Positions 28,475 to 43,107 of a stretch of 64,000 bases of DNA are shown piece by piece. The position numbers and the translations under genes were made by a program. This DNA comes from Octopus vulgaris (taxonomy: Eukaryota). Location of the stretch: contig OX597816.1 of the NCBI GenBank assembly GCA_951406725.2, forward strand, positions 153,512,001-153,576,000, read 5' to 3'. A model generated the notes under the pieces. It was not told the origin of the DNA. It saw nothing but the letters and a program-made list of their open reading frames with translations, and ran no database searches. Position 1 is the first letter of the stretch. Each line of letters begins with the position of its first letter.

Positions 28475-29753
28475 TATATATACAAACATACATCTATATA
28501 GATACAACCAAATCATATACATTCATAAAAACATATCTGCCTTTCTACTTATGTGTGTGTGTGTTCTTTTACTTGTTTCAGTTATTGGAACGCGCCCATA
28601 ATTCAGCAGCACCTTCAATGGCTCGACCAATCAAATCGATCATACTACTAATTCTTTCAAGTTTTGTACTTACTCTATTGCGCACTTGCCAACTTACAGG
28701 AACGTAAATAAACCAACACTGCCTGTTATTTGGTGCGAGGTATACAGGAACACAAAGAAGCACACACTCTTACATACACTTACATACACGACGGGCTTTA
28801 TTCATAATGCATTGCTTGTCCTCAATTTACAATAGAAGACACTTGCTTAAGAAGCTGCATAATTGAACTGAATCCAAAACTACATCAGTGTTTATTAAAT
28901 GTAAGATTCTTTCAGAGATATTCATGTAGCGTATGCAAGTTTCTCGTCGTAGTTGGGATCAGGGTCCGAGTATGACTCATAACTGTCTTACGTTCTTTTT
29001 TTTTAAATTCTTCTAGAGATGTGCGCGCAACGGTGTACGTTCACTCTGTTTCTTCATGCCTGCACTTCACCAGCACCTCTGTACACATATACATACACAT
29101 GCAAGTATACACAAGTGTATACGTTAAAATTTAGATTGAATAGTTAGCAGATTGGGTTTGAATGATACATTCTGGTGACTAAAAATTGTGTCTTAAAATA
29201 TTTAGTCTTATGTAGGGAAGGAGAGCGTTGGGTTCATGAATGTTATGTAGGAAAACTCTGGCAGTAGGACTTGTACGTCGATTCTTTAAAGATATAATTT
29301 TATGCACTGATGCTAATTAGTAGGTTGATGTAGCCTGGGAGTTGTGGAATTGTGTGTCTTTGGAGTGCTTGCAATAAGGAGAGATATTAAGATTATGGAA
29401 TGTAGTTGAGATGGGAGAAGTTAGCTGGATCGAGTTTGTGGCTCGTTTCAGATGAGAATCATAATAAGAATTTGCATTTTGAAATCCATTTTGTAGGGGC
29501 AAGAAAAAATGCTCCATCTCTTTCGTTAAGGATGTCCACCGACAAATGTCTTAAACTTTACTGTGGTGCATAGATTGCATCTGGTACCTTGTCCACTATA
29601 CATAGTTTTCGTAGTACTCCTGTTTATAAGCAGGTTGCTTACTCCACGGTCGTTTCAGCTCCGAAGCGGTGTTTTGTGCAAATCTTTCTAGGAAGTGCGG
29701 AAGTGTACTAGCCAGGCAAATATTTTGAGCTGAAACTGTGAGTTGAAAATAAC

Positions 29754-30046
29754 ACGATTGCAACGTGGAAGATACATGTTAGCTATTCCAAAACACACAG
29801 ACTTTGAACTTCACTTAAACATTTATTGTTTATAATATACAAAATTTTCGTCGCTCGAAACTGCTACCTGGTTACTAACGATGTTATATTGCAGTGTAAC
29901 TTTGTCGGTTTAACATTGTTGGTGACCAGAGCATAGTATCGAGTGACGAAAATTTTGAATATTGCAAGCAATAAACGTTTAAATGAAGTTAATAGTCTTT
30001 GTGTGTTTCTGAATGGCTAATCCTGTATCTTCCGCGCTGCAATCGT
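29754..30046. repeat. Imperfect ~290-bp palindrome (foldback element)
   Basis: Arms 29754-29886 and 29911-30046 are diverged reverse complements, e.g. caaaattttcgtcgctcga / tcgagtgacgaaaattttg. Confidence 0.85.
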
Positions 30047-31071
30047 TTTCTATGAAGGTATTCAAAGTAAGCCTTTCGTGTACCGTTGACACCGCGAATA
30101 TCGGCGCTGCACCCTAGCTTCTCGGTGCATTTGTTGTTTAGGAGATTGTTGTCGGGGATCTGGAATTACATGATCGCTTTGAAGGTGCACACACTAGTGC
30201 TTTTGTTGTGATTAGATATTTGTAAACCCATAACAAACCTTAATAATATTTCTGTCCAGCATTTTGTGATATTTAAGCTGACAGGGAGAAGTATTGATTA
30301 GGGTGAGAAATCGTCTAATTTCAAAAGTTGTTACATCGATACAATATAGTGAACCGAGCCCCGATTATATACTTTTTTTCACGTCAACGCCTTATAGGAT
30401 TAATTTGGGTGAATTCAGTGAAAGTAATATTTTCTTTAAAATCATATCTCACTAGAGGAGTGACTCTGTTAAAGGTGGTTTTATCAGAAGATAGCTAGAA
30501 ATACACCTACTTATACAATAGGCGATTTGCTTGATAAAGGATAGTGGATTATTTGGACTTTGTATCGGCGCTCCTTCATTAGGTTGATGCCAGGACAAGT
30601 TTTTTGCCTAAAGTATAATGACTCCTTAATAGTTGATAATTTTGAGGTTGGTATTCAGTGATTTTTCGGGTTGAGCAAATATTCTTATAAGTTTTTGTGA
30701 GAGTATGTGTGTGAATGAGAAAGTATGTGTTTGCGTGTGTGTGTGTGTAAGAGAGAGAGGGAAAGCGAAAGAGTGAGAAAGTCAAAGAGAGAATGTGTGT
30801 GTGTATGTGTGTGTATTCACAGAATATTATATTCAACTCTTAGTACTGAGTCATCCCCTCAATGCTGAGCGTTTGAGATGACTTTATTTTAACACACATG
30901 CAAACACACATTCACACGCACATGTACACACATACACACATACGTACACACAAATGCAAATGCATACACAGGTATATAAAAAAATTAACGTGCGTGCACA
31001 CACACATATACACACGCAACTATCCTTTTACATTTGCTTGTGTCTTATATTGCTCCTGCTTTCTATTACAG

Positions 31072-31226
31072 ATCATGTGGCTGTGCCTGAGTTCAATGCA
31101 GGAGCAATGGAAAATTGGGGGTTGGTTATCTACCGAGAAACAGCCTTACTTTATGATCCAGATGTGTCATCAAGTTCGAATAAATATATGGTCACGTTAA
31201 TCGTGGCTCACGAAATCGCTCATACG
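31072..31226 (+). CDS. M1 aminopeptidase exon with GAMEN and HExxH motifs
   Basis: ttacag|ATCATG...CATACG|gtgagt. Encodes [52 protein letters not shown]. Confidence 0.97.
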
Positions 31227-31499
31227 GTGAGTAGTCTAAAAACCAATATATACCTATGATCGTTCGTTCGATTCTGGATTGGAAAATTTTTACTTAGCTA
31301 AAAGCTGAGGAGTCTTCGGAATATGAAATAATGTTTTTCTCTATGTTACCTTCAACAACATTACTCATATGCAGAAGATACCATCCTTCACTCCCTCCCA
31401 ACTTTCTGCTCATAAGTGCCAACAACATGGCCCATGTAAACTCTGCGTTGCAAACATGGAGAGAGACCTCAAAAGTATTCTCAAATGAGGTTATATTGA

Positions 31500-32100
31500 T
31501 CGTTTGTCCTTCAAATGCAGAAAGGTACAAAAACGGAACTTGTAATCACTAATGATCCTTTCTGGCGATCCCACATCCGCAACATGGCAAAACCTGCATC
31601 ACGAAAAATGGTAATTTTCTTTAGAGCCAGGAAAAATTTCAAAGTCCATCATTTTTTATTTTCTTCAGTACTCACGAGAGTTCAGCAGTGGAACGCTGTG
31701 CTTAATCTGAGATGACGCCACTGCGACACATTGAAACATCTGTAACCATATAAAAAAAGTTGCAAACCGACGGATGGTAATGGAGTTACTCACTCCCACA
31801 TCTCAACCTCTTGTCTACTAACGTGCTGTCTCCACCCTGAATCCGTTTCTACCACTACTACAGTGGCCTCTACCCTTCTGGTCTGGCTGGTCTCATGCCA
31901 TATTAACTCTGTATAACTCACACATATCTCATCCTCTTATAACCATATTGTGTCCACCTCACTAGGCACCACATTAACTCTATGTACAATCGTTCTTCCC
32001 CCAGAACATAAGCGCTCTGAATTTCTTTTCTCTAGCCAAGAGTTTCCTTGTAGTCGTCGACTTGCAATTCAAGAACATGAAGCCTATCGATTTGACTGGT
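31500..32100 (+). mobile_element. CR1/Jockey-like LINE 3' remnant
   Basis: WRSHIRNMAKPASRKMVIFFRARK and SQPLVY*RAVS-type post-RT motifs. Confidence 0.5.
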
Positions 32101-32184
32101 CTCGAGGTAGCTCGAACACAAGCCACTCATCTGTATCAAATCATTAACAGACGTACACACATATGTATACACACACACACACAC

Positions 32185-32336
<152 letters not shown>

Positions 32337-32693
32337 TTCTTTCATTCTTTTACCGGTGTCATTGGACTTCAGTCATGGTGGTTGGCGAAAAGCTTTTAAG
32401 AGGTTACATTATATTACATTATATATAATATAAATACTGTTTTGTCTTAATAACTGTTGAGATGCCAGAGCAGACTTCAGCCCCGGTATCCGAAACTCTG
32501 AGTTTTATTGTGACAACCAACTAATTGTCACATATTATATTTATAGATAAATTCCTCTATTTTCCATAATATCGAGGTTTCATTCATTCTTTTGTTGTCA
32601 TATTATTATTATTATGATTATTATATATATATATATATAATACACACACACATACATGAATATATGTATGTGTGTATGTGTTTGTGTGTAGGC

Positions 32694-32778
<85 letters not shown>

Positions 32779-33168
32779 TTCTTTCATTCTTTTACCGGTG
32801 TCATTGGACTTCAGTCATGGTGGTTGGCGAAAAGCTTTTAAGAGGTTACATTATATTAACCTAGCATTTTATCGAAAAATAAACAAGACTAGTGTAAACA
32901 TGAACACGCGCACACGTGTACGTGTTTATTTAGGTGATAGGTAGATGTAGATAGAGAATGTGGGATCTTTGGATCGACACTTTATCTTCAAAATTACCGT
33001 ATGCTGTTACAGCAGAATGGTGATCCTTAGATTTAATAAACATCATTATTACCAAACTTGTTTCTTCAAATTTAATTGCCGAACTGTTTTTTCTTTCGAT
33101 TTCTTCCGTCTCCTTTTCAATTTTAGTTTATCATTTTTTATTGTTACTCATTTTTTCTGTCATTTCAG

Positions 33169-33282
33169 TGGTTTGGAAACATGGCGACCATGAGATGGTG
33201 GGACGATCTTTGGCTTAACGAAGGGTTTGCCAGTATCCTAATGTATTTCGGAATGAATCACGTACACCCAGACTGGGATGTG
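33169..33282 (+). CDS. M1 aminopeptidase exon with the third zinc ligand (NEGFA)
   Basis: tttcag|TGGTTT...GATGTG|gtatgt. Encodes WFGNMATMRWWDDLWLNEGFASILMYFGMNHVHPDWDV. Confidence 0.97.
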
Positions 33283-34401
33283 GTATGTAAATGCCTGAAG
33301 CATCGCGATATCAAAAAAATGTTGGATTACATAGAAATTAAATTATTTTGATATATTTATTGCTTTTGTTTGTTTCTCAACCACGTGGTTATTATTTCGA
33401 TCTCAGAAGGACTATCATTGCAGAAACGCTAGAGCACCGGGCATGTATATTTAGTCCGGCAATGTATATTTAGTTACGTTTCTTTTCCTTCTGAGCTTAA
33501 AAAAGGTCGATAAAATAGAACGAGTTTTACATTTAAATGACAGCTCCCAACAACAAATTTTTTTTGTTTGAGCTTAAATCAAAAATAACCGAATAGGAAT
33601 GCCTCTACGATACCCTTCGATCCGCTATGTATAGCAACCCTATCTTTTCAGCTCAAACCCTTCCGCGTTTAAAATGATAGCATATTATATATGTTCCTAG
33701 GTAAACTAAGCTCGGATAAAAGGGAAATATCACTACGGTTAGACAGTCTTTGATGACATACCTGCCTAATCAGCCTGAGCTAGAACTAAATAAAATTTTA
33801 TAGAATCGCTAGATGGTCTAATAAATGTCTTGTAGTTCTTGCTACAGTTCTTTATATTCTGAGATCAAAGCCTACTGAGGTCAGCTTTACCTTTCAGTCT
33901 CTGGAAGTCGTTAAAATAACTTACAGTCAAGTACTGGGGTAGATTTAATCGACTAACTTCCCCCATCTAAATATAAAGTTCTATACCTTTAAATTCTGAG
34001 TTTAAATCTTATAAACACATTTTTGTCTTTCGTCTAACAAATTCAGTAACATATGGACCAGCTATATAGTAGGATGATGTATAATTACTTATAGACTATA
34101 CCTTACAATAATTAACCATGTATCTGAAAATGTAACCAATATTTTAATTATGTTATAGTGAACGCCATCGAGTACAAGATAAGAACCCAATGATTTTAAC
34201 CTCTGAACCAGTTTCAGTTTTCAGTTTGAAATTATTTCAATTCACATGCACCATTAAAATCTTTTTCTAAAATCATGATTGTCAAGGCACCCTATTTTTC
34301 ATCTCTTGAATATGTGTACTTTAGTAGCAGTTCAAATGAAATTATATTTTATATGAGTAGATATCATTTGAATTAATGTATTGTTTCTTTCTTCTTTCCA
34401 G

Positions 34402-34536
34402 TTTTCTATTCTCGTTGTAGACGAGATTTTACCAGTGATGGTTTTAGATGCACTCCTTACTTCGCACGCAGTTTCTTCTCGTATAGAGAATACGGACCAA
34501 ATCATCCAGTATTTCGATAACATTTCCTACAACAAG
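34402..34536 (+). CDS. M1 aminopeptidase exon with the catalytic Tyr (FDNISYNK)
   Basis: ttccag|TTTTCT...AACAAG|gtatgc. Encodes FSILVVDEILPVMVLDALLTSHAVSSRIENTDQIIQYFDNISYNK. Confidence 0.95.
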
Positions 34537-35223
34537 GTATGCTTTAAAAAGCTAATCTTTTGCCATGTTGATTTTACACAAAAGACCTTAAAAACTTTAT
34601 GACTGGAAATTTGACAGACTTGGGAAGCACCTAGTATGTATCAAGATCACATTTTACTGTAAAAAAAAAAGAGCAGTTAATTTCATTCGATTCATGGGAG
34701 TTATTTCTCAACCTGAAAATTGAAACTTGCAATTTTTGAACATTCGTAGATGACCCTACCCTGCTAGCGCTATGGGGTTGACCAAAATCTCTTTATAAAA
34801 TCTCTATTTAAAGTAGTACAAGGAACATAATTTTACAGTTTTTAGTTCGAGATAGAGAGGCAGGCGTTCCGTAGTCTTAACACTGTCGCCCGAGAAGGGA
34901 TAGAAATGCAATGTGCGTCCCATCAGTCAACCGGATTTTATTGCAGCAAAACACGGTATTTGGTTAACGCAATGTATTATGGTAACTTAATCAGATCTAC
35001 TTTCCTACCAGTAGAGTCACATCAAGATTATTTTCTTCCACTCTCTCTTGAAAAATTTATTTCTTGTTTCTGTTCACTTCCTTTTGTCAATATTAAATAT
35101 CGGTTACATTGAATGATGTTGAAATTTTATAATAATGAAGATAGGGAGGGTGGTAATGAGTGATGGCAACGATGATTGTAACACTATCTTTATTTATTTT
35201 CTTTATTTTGCTTTTATTTCCAG

Positions 35224-35289
35224 GGAATGGCAATATTACGGATGTTGAAAGGTTTTCTCGGCTGGGAAGCCTTCAGACGATCGTTGCAG
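35224..35289 (+). CDS. M1 aminopeptidase exon
   Basis: ttccag|GGAATG...TTGCAG|gtatag. Encodes GMAILRMLKGFLGWEAFRRSLQ. Confidence 0.93.
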
Positions 35290-35965
35290 GTATAGAAATA
35301 TTTTGTGTTGTTATTTACAGCAGTTGTTACTTATGATCTTCTTCACTGTGTTTCCATTGATCTCTGCTGCCACTACCACTTTCATTGTTACAAAAACAAC
35401 AACAACTACTACAACTAGTACTACTACTACTGCTGCTACAACTACTACTAATACTACTACTGCTACTACTACTACTACTACTACTACTACTATTACTACT
35501 GCTGTTGCTACTGCTAAAAACAGCAACAAAGAAATAAAAAGCTGATTTAGGAAACCACGGAAATAGAGCTAAATATAATAAGAGCAATGCTTAAACTATT
35601 ACCTTACAACAGTTAGCATTTCTGTATTTTGAGGAGGAATATCCTCTTTTCAAAGAGTGAGAAAAATGAAAGATGAAATTTTCTGGTTTCTTGGCAAATA
35701 AAATCTGTATGGGATAATTAAAAAATTTTAGTCATTTAACTATCACCAAACTACGTCTCTTGTTCTATCTCTCCCCAAAATTGTATTTTCATCCGAAATA
35801 TCGGGTTATTAAACGCTTTAAAGTAAAAGCTTAATCAATTTAAATACAATCATTACTCAAATCAATTGCAGTCGCCATCTAACTCAGTTACACATACACA
35901 CACACATATACTGCAGTTTCGTCCAAGATAAAATTTGTTATGGACTTGCTGTGTTTGAATACGCA

Positions 35966-36137
<172 letters not shown>

Positions 36138-36220
36138 TTAAAAGAAATTATCAGTAGCCAGCGTGAAAAACCTCGTAAGAGAAAAAATCCGTAAATTCTT
36201 CCTCTTTGAAAATATTCATT

Positions 36221-36259
36221 TATATTATATTGAGGGTACTACGAATAGTAGTACCCTCA

Positions 36260-36269
<10 letters not shown>
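36221..36269. repeat. Perfect 22-bp hairpin with 5-nt loop
   Basis: tatattatattgagggtactac-gaata-gtagtaccctcaatataatata. Confidence 0.9.
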
Positions 36270-36321
<52 letters not shown>

Positions 36322-37158
36322 AGAGGGACACGAAATATAAAGATTTTATCATGGACGAAAGTTGCAGTAACTTTCCTGTCAACGGTGTATGCACATTAAG
36401 TATGATGCATATGTTGTCACTTTAATTTAATGTTGCTCCAATTGCTTACACGAGATTATTTATTCAGCCCTGCAGCAATTCTCAACACCCTGAGTATATG
36501 ACTCACGGTTTCCGATATAGGAAAGGACAGCTCACATCTAGGCATGTGCCTGGCTACGAGTGCACGTCATTGACAAGACCCTCGTGACCGAAATGCATCT
36601 ACCGTTCTCGTTTGCTAGTGACACAATTTTTCGTTTCCCGCCGATATGTGTGCACGCGTGCGTGTGTGTGTGTATTTGTGTGCATGCGCGCGCGTAGTTT
36701 TTAAGCACGATAAGACTTTAGAACAGTTTAAGCACAGTAAGACTCTAGAACGAAAACCACAGTAACTTGCCTGTCAACGATATATATAAATTATGTGATA
36801 CATCGATAGTTACTTTAATAATACCGTTTCAAGTGCGTACGTACATACATACATACATACATACATACATACATACATACATACATACATGCAAGAATGC
36901 ATATATACATGCATACAAAGAAATACACGCACATGATTATATACATACAAATATATTAATATATTTGTCTAAGTCTATTTTCATTTTTATGAACAAGAGC
37001 GCCAAATATTATGTGCAGTATATACTTGTAGTTAATGATTCAAACGACCTCAGTATTTCAAAGACATGCATTTTACCAAATCTTTCAAACACAGACACAC
37101 AAACATGTACACACACACACAAACATGTACACACACACACAAACATGTACACACACAC

Positions 37159-37222
<64 letters not shown>

Positions 37223-37231
37223 ATATGTATA

Positions 37232-37351
<120 letters not shown>

Positions 37352-37688
37352 GGCGCATGGCTCAGTGGTTAGAGCGTCGAGCTTACGATCGTGAGGTTGT
37401 GAGCTCGAATCCCGGACCGGGCTGCGTGTTGTGTTCTTGAGCAAGGCACTTTATTTCACGTTGTTCCAGTTCACTCAGCTGTAGAAATGAGTTGCGACGT
37501 CACTGGTGCCAAGCTGTATCGACCTTTGTCTTTCCCTTGGATAACACTGGTGGCGTGGAGAGGGGAGGCTTGTATGCATGGGCGACTGCTGGTCTTCCAT
37601 AAACAACCTTGCCCGGACTTGTGTCTAGGAGGGTAACTTTCTAGGTGCAATCCCATGGTCATTCATGACCGAAGGGGGTCTTTACCCC

Positions 37689-37690
<2 letters not shown>
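37352..37690 (+). mobile_element. tRNA-derived CORE-type SINE
   Basis: A box tggctcagtgg, B box-like gctcgaatccc, CORE-like ttcttgagcaaggcactt, and a distinct 3' tail ending gggggtctttac. Confidence 0.8.
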
Positions 37691-37724
<34 letters not shown>

Positions 37725-37728
<4 letters not shown>

Positions 37729-38966
37729 AGTAATGCCCCTGACCCACTTCCCATACCAGTAGAGCAACGAAACTTGGCACAGTTATTAGTCTTTTTCTAC
37801 ATAGGAACCACCCAGAGTTACGCATTTCTCCCATCGTTTGATGCGGCTCTGGAGACCGTTTTTGTAGAAGAACCCAGCTTGGTCCTCCAACCTCAACGTG
37901 ACTTCAGAAATCAAGGCTGCATCATCTTGGAAACGCTTTCCTTTCAAAAACAACTTCATGATTGGGAAGAGGTGAAAATCAGAGGGTGCAAGGGCAGGAA
38001 AGTAGGGGGGGATGGGGAGGAGTTCATAGCCATACGCCTGTGCTTCTGATCTGGCGACAAGCGAGTTGTGGACCGGAGCGTTGTCCTGCAGGAGGAGGAT
38101 GCCTTTGCTGATCTTGCTCCGCCTCTTGATTTTGATAACTTCTCTTAATTTCCTCAAAAGTGAAGCATAATAGGCTCCTGCAATTTCGGTACCCTTTGCC
38201 AGGAAATCTGTCATCACTACTCCGTCTTGGTCCCAGAAGACTGTGAGCATGACCTTGCCAGCAGAGGGCTGCACCCTTGCCTCCTTTGGAGGGGGTGAGT
38301 CACGGTGCTTCCACTGCATTGACTGGGCTTTGGTCTCTGGATCATCGTGATGGACCCAGGTTTCATCCTGTGTAATCAGTCTTTTGAAAAATTTTGACTC
38401 ATCTTCTTGGCACATCTCCAAATTCACCCTCGAGCACTCGACGCGTTCTTGCTTCTGGAAAGGCGTGAGCAACCTGGGAATCCATCTGGCAGACACCTTT
38501 TGCATATGCAAATGGTCATGAATGATAGTTTCCACAGACCCGGTACTAATCTTGACTTCATGGGCTATTTGGCGAATAGTTATGCGTCGATCTTCCAAAA
38601 TGGCAGCCTCAACTTGACGGACAGATGCCTCATCAATGGCAGAAGGGGGTCGACCAGATCTGGGAGCTGTTTCCACAGAGTTCCGACCATGTTTGAATTC
38701 ACGATGCCAGCGTTTTACAAGGTCATCAAAAGTCTCCCGTGGTGTGCATCCTTACAAATACAAAAACCGGATCACTGCTCGACACTCAACAGGCTCCATT
38801 TCACACTTGACTCGGTTCAAACACCTGTAAATCAGAAACCACAATTAATTCAGAGCTTTAATTTGCCACTTACTCTATAGAGATATAAATAATTGCACAT
38901 GCAAAATTTCAGCTAGATCAAACAACTGCAAGTGGGTCAGAGGCATTACTTATTGAACGTCCCTCG
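37725..38966 (-). mobile_element. Mariner (DD34D, irritans-like) near-full-length copy; transposase pseudogene 38799-37786
   Basis: WIPRLL, TQDETW and LLQDNA-(34 aa)-SDFHLF. The 5' TIR is intact with TA; the tip of the 3' TIR is lost into (TA)n. TAA at codon 16 and a 39-bp deletion relative to the 9281 copy. Confidence 0.95.
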
Positions 38967-38969
38967 TAC

Positions 38970-39006
<37 letters not shown>

Positions 39007-39008
<2 letters not shown>

Positions 39009-39158
39009 CAGGCTTCTTTTAGTTTCCGTCTACCAAATCCACTCACAAGGCTTTGGTCGGTCCGAGGCTGTAGTAGAAGACATTAGCCCAAGGTACCATG
39101 CAGTGGGATTGAAACCGGAACTATGTGGTTGAGAAGCACACACAGCTACGCCTGCGCA
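39007..39158 (-). mobile_element. tRNA-derived SINE, family B, head part
   Basis: Minus strand reads gcgcaggcgtagctgtgtg...ggtttcaatcccactgcatggtaccttgggc. Related degenerate pieces lie at ~28570-28880, 42775-42990, 53270-53430 and 59860-59970. Confidence 0.65.
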
Positions 39159-40577
39159 TATTTCTTTTCATGACCAGTTATGATAAAAACAATTTTACAT
39201 CAATCTGATGGGTTTATTGTATACGTTTATTATTCCTATCCAAGAATGTTGCTGACAGTAACTTCGAAGTTTCAACCAGCTAACCTATTTTCCGACGAAT
39301 AGTAAGTATGTGTGTGTGTGTGTGTGTGAGTGTGTACACATATACATATACCTGAGGACCCACTGTGTTGTCATCATCTGCACATCTCGTTTTGGCATCT
39401 AAAATTGCAACATCTATTCGCTTATATTTAGTTGATATTCAGAGCTTGTGTCTAACCAACAGCTACACGACACTTCCACAATCTTTGCCTATAAAATATT
39501 TTTTGCATATATATGGTTAAAGACAGGTAGTCGCATGAAATAAAATTACAAGAGATCGTTACAAAATTATACAAAACATACGCTATAGAAGCGTAGTGAA
39601 ACGAAAAGAAGGTGGGTGAGGTAAGGATAACAGTGAAAATATGACGAATAATTCTTTGAAACTTCCCAAGAAGCAACAAAGACATCACTGTGACAATCAA
39701 TACAGAACATATCGCAACTACGACTGATTCCTTCAGAAATCGCAGTATTTTATGTCCGTACATTAAACACAAAAGCAGGCCTACCAAAATAGTACACTGA
39801 CTTTCTCAGGAATCAATAAGAGGTTTTTGTGTTATTCTTGCAATACAAACAGTTATCATAATAGCACCATATCCTTCTATGTATCTGCCAACTTGAACTG
39901 AAACAAATGTGTGTATGTACGTCTATCTGTCTGTCTGTCACTATGTATGTATGTATGTATGTATGTATGTATGTATGTATGTATGTATGTATGTATGTAT
40001 GTAGGTATGTATGTATGTATGTATGTATGTATGTATGTATGTATGTATGTACGTACGTATGCAATTGTATGGCAGTGTTATGTTCAGTATTTAAAAAGAA
40101 AAACTTTTATAGATATAAGCAAGGATTCTTGTGTTTGAGAAACTCAAACATCAATACAGATAAAGTAATATGTAAATGTGTATAGGAATTATATATGTTC
40201 CTGTCAATTTCACACTCTTTCTCACTCTCTCCTCTTTCTTTCGACTGTTCTCTGGCATATCATTTGCTATCTCAATTTCATTATTTTCTATTTTCTGTCA
40301 CACATACACACACAAGCAGATAATCTGTGTTCATGTTTTTGTGTGTTTGTGAATGTAAATATATAACTCCAAGCATCTATGTGCTTGCCAATATATATAT
40401 TTACGTATAAAATCTTAACAAAGATAAACATCTAAGCAAGACTATGTTTAATGTATACGTATGGCTGTGATGTATTATTGCCCCTTGCATCTCCTCGTCT
40501 CTCTCTTTCTCTCTTTCCCTCTTCCTCTCTCCTTCTCTCCTTCTTTCGTTCTCTCCTTCTCTCTCCTTCTTTCTCCC

Positions 40578-40608
<31 letters not shown>

Positions 40609-40992
40609 TTTATGTGCACATACAGAGACGTGTACATACACACACACACACTCACAAACGTGTAAAAAAGTAAAAATGCTTGCATATATATATATATATA
40701 TATATATTATACCCGCAACAATGAATGTCGGTATATGTATATTTCGATGCATATAAAATTATTGCAAATACATACACACATCTATGTCCGTGTATGTATG
40801 TGTACATATATATATGTATATATAATATACACACATATTCATATGCATTTTATGTATGAGTAAATATGTGTGAACCTCTTATAAGCAGTGCGTGTTTGTG
40901 TAGGCTCCTGCGTGTGCGCAAGCGTGTGTGTGTATCTGTCTGTCTGTGAATATATATATATATATATATATATATGCGTGTGTTTGTGTATT

Positions 40993-41053
<61 letters not shown>

Positions 41054-41699
41054 GAGAGAAACAAGAAACAATGGCAATTATTAAGTTCACATCATCGGCA
41101 AGTATGGGAGACAATTTTGGATATGCTTAGATGTCAGGAAGATCCCATCGGAGGATATTAATTAACCTTGAACGTACTGGCCGAAGTAATGTGGTCACAA
41201 TATATTAACGTTTCATTCATCATGCCACCACAACAATTTTTTCTATAATTTGACGTATCTAAAAGATGCATTAATATATACTTTTCAGCTGTGCAGTATT
41301 GAAACTAATTTGCCGTACGCTAATGAAACAACCCTTGAAACTACTTTCGTTCATCACGTGAACGATTGAACATCTTTTTGTTCACTCGAAATGCCAGAAA
41401 AAGCAATCAAATTTCTCTGTATGATCACACCCTATTCTTCGCCGTAAATTCATTATACTTCTTTACAGATGTTCCTTCTGGGTAGCAGCAATAGTATTGA
41501 TGCTGGAGTTGATACTTCGATGCGAGCTTTCACAGTATCATCAGCCTTCTTACTCTTGTGTAAAAACAAAATCTGTGTCACCATTGCTGGTGGCTATGTA
41601 GAGAAGGACTAATAATTATGCCCAGTTTTGTTTATCCCAATCCTAGGGAAATGGGTCAGGGGAAACCTTTAATGAACACCCTTCGTATGTACGTATTTT

Positions 41700-41919
41700 A
41701 TTTTTCTATTGCCCGCAGGTGGCTAAACATAGAGGGGACAAACAAGGACAGACAAAGGGATTAAGTCGATTACATAGACCCCAGTGCGTAACTGGTGCTT
41801 TATCTATCGACCCTGGAAGGATGAAAGATAAAGTCAACCTCGGCGGAATTTGAACTCAGAAGGTAACAGCAGACGAAATACTGCTAAGTATTTCGCCCGG
41901 CGTGCTAACGTTTCTGCCA
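41700..41919 (-). mobile_element. SINE, family A
   Basis: Homologous to 13990-14193 and 51358-51565. Confidence 0.75.
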
Positions 41920-42140
41920 CGTATTTATATGTGTGTATAGTATGTATGTGTCTATGTATGTATACGGGTGTATACATTTACAAACACACATTTTCATGTG
42001 CACACACAGGGAAATAAGTTTCTTTTTCATAAGAATAAAAGAAATGGAGTTTAAATAAAATTAACCACTTTCTCAATTTCATGATTTTGAAAAGTTTTAT
42101 AGTGGTATACTTCAAGTTTCATCTTGCTGTTTAACAGGAA

Positions 42141-42290
42141 AACTATTCATCTTTATTTGTAAGCTAATACCGTTACAAACATTTGATGAAAGCAAGTCTT
42201 ATAAGGAAAATTAAAATTATAATACTTTAAACAGCCTTCTTTCATCTAAATGTTCTAATAGTATCAACTTTCAAGTAAAGATGAATAGTT
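42141..42290. repeat. Imperfect 52-bp inverted repeat
   Basis: aactattcatcttta...tgatgaaag (42141-42192) versus ctttcatc...taaagatgaatagtt (42239-42290). Confidence 0.75.
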
Positions 42291-42697
42291 GTTATAAGTT
42301 GAAAATCAAATTAAGCATCCAGTAGCTCTGAAATCAGTTTTTTCCACTATCCTCATATACATATACATATATAAAACCAGTGTGATTGCTTTTCTATATA
42401 TTGCGAGCTTGAGTAAACTATCGTTATGTCTAGCAGACGAGTATCCACCACTGAGGACGACTAAAATAAGATCGAAATCACGTAATATGGTGGTCTCCAA
42501 GCTAGAATAGTAGAGTTCTCTGTCCACTTGCAATACATATCGAGTACACTGAACAACCAACTCGAGGAGACGTCTGGGGTTAAGATAGCAGTATCATCTG
42601 TTCTTATAGAACACCTACGTTTAGGTGGCAATAAGCATTACTTCTCAGTATAAATACTGCTTTCATCTCTAAGATTTTCTTAACGAACTAATTTGAT

Positions 42698-42774
<77 letters not shown>

Positions 42775-43074
42775 CTTGAACTTGTTTCAGTTATTAGAGT
42801 GTGGTCATGCTGAAGCAGCGCGCTTTGAATAATTTTAGTCGAATGAATCGACCCCAGTACTTTTCCTTTTAAGCCTGGTACTAATTTTACCGATCTCTTT
42901 TGCCGAACTGCTACATTACGGGGACATAAAAACACCAATACCGGTTGTCAGGGAGTGGTGGGGGGACAAACACAGACACAAAGACACACACACACATAGA
43001 TATACATACATACATACACACATACATACATGCATACATACATACATACATACATACATACATACATACATACA

Positions 43075-43107
<33 letters not shown>

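Noticed and set aside
37352-37425. Possible tRNA gene
   Set aside because: It runs directly into a SINE core and tail, and the cloverleaf is not convincing, so it is a SINE head.
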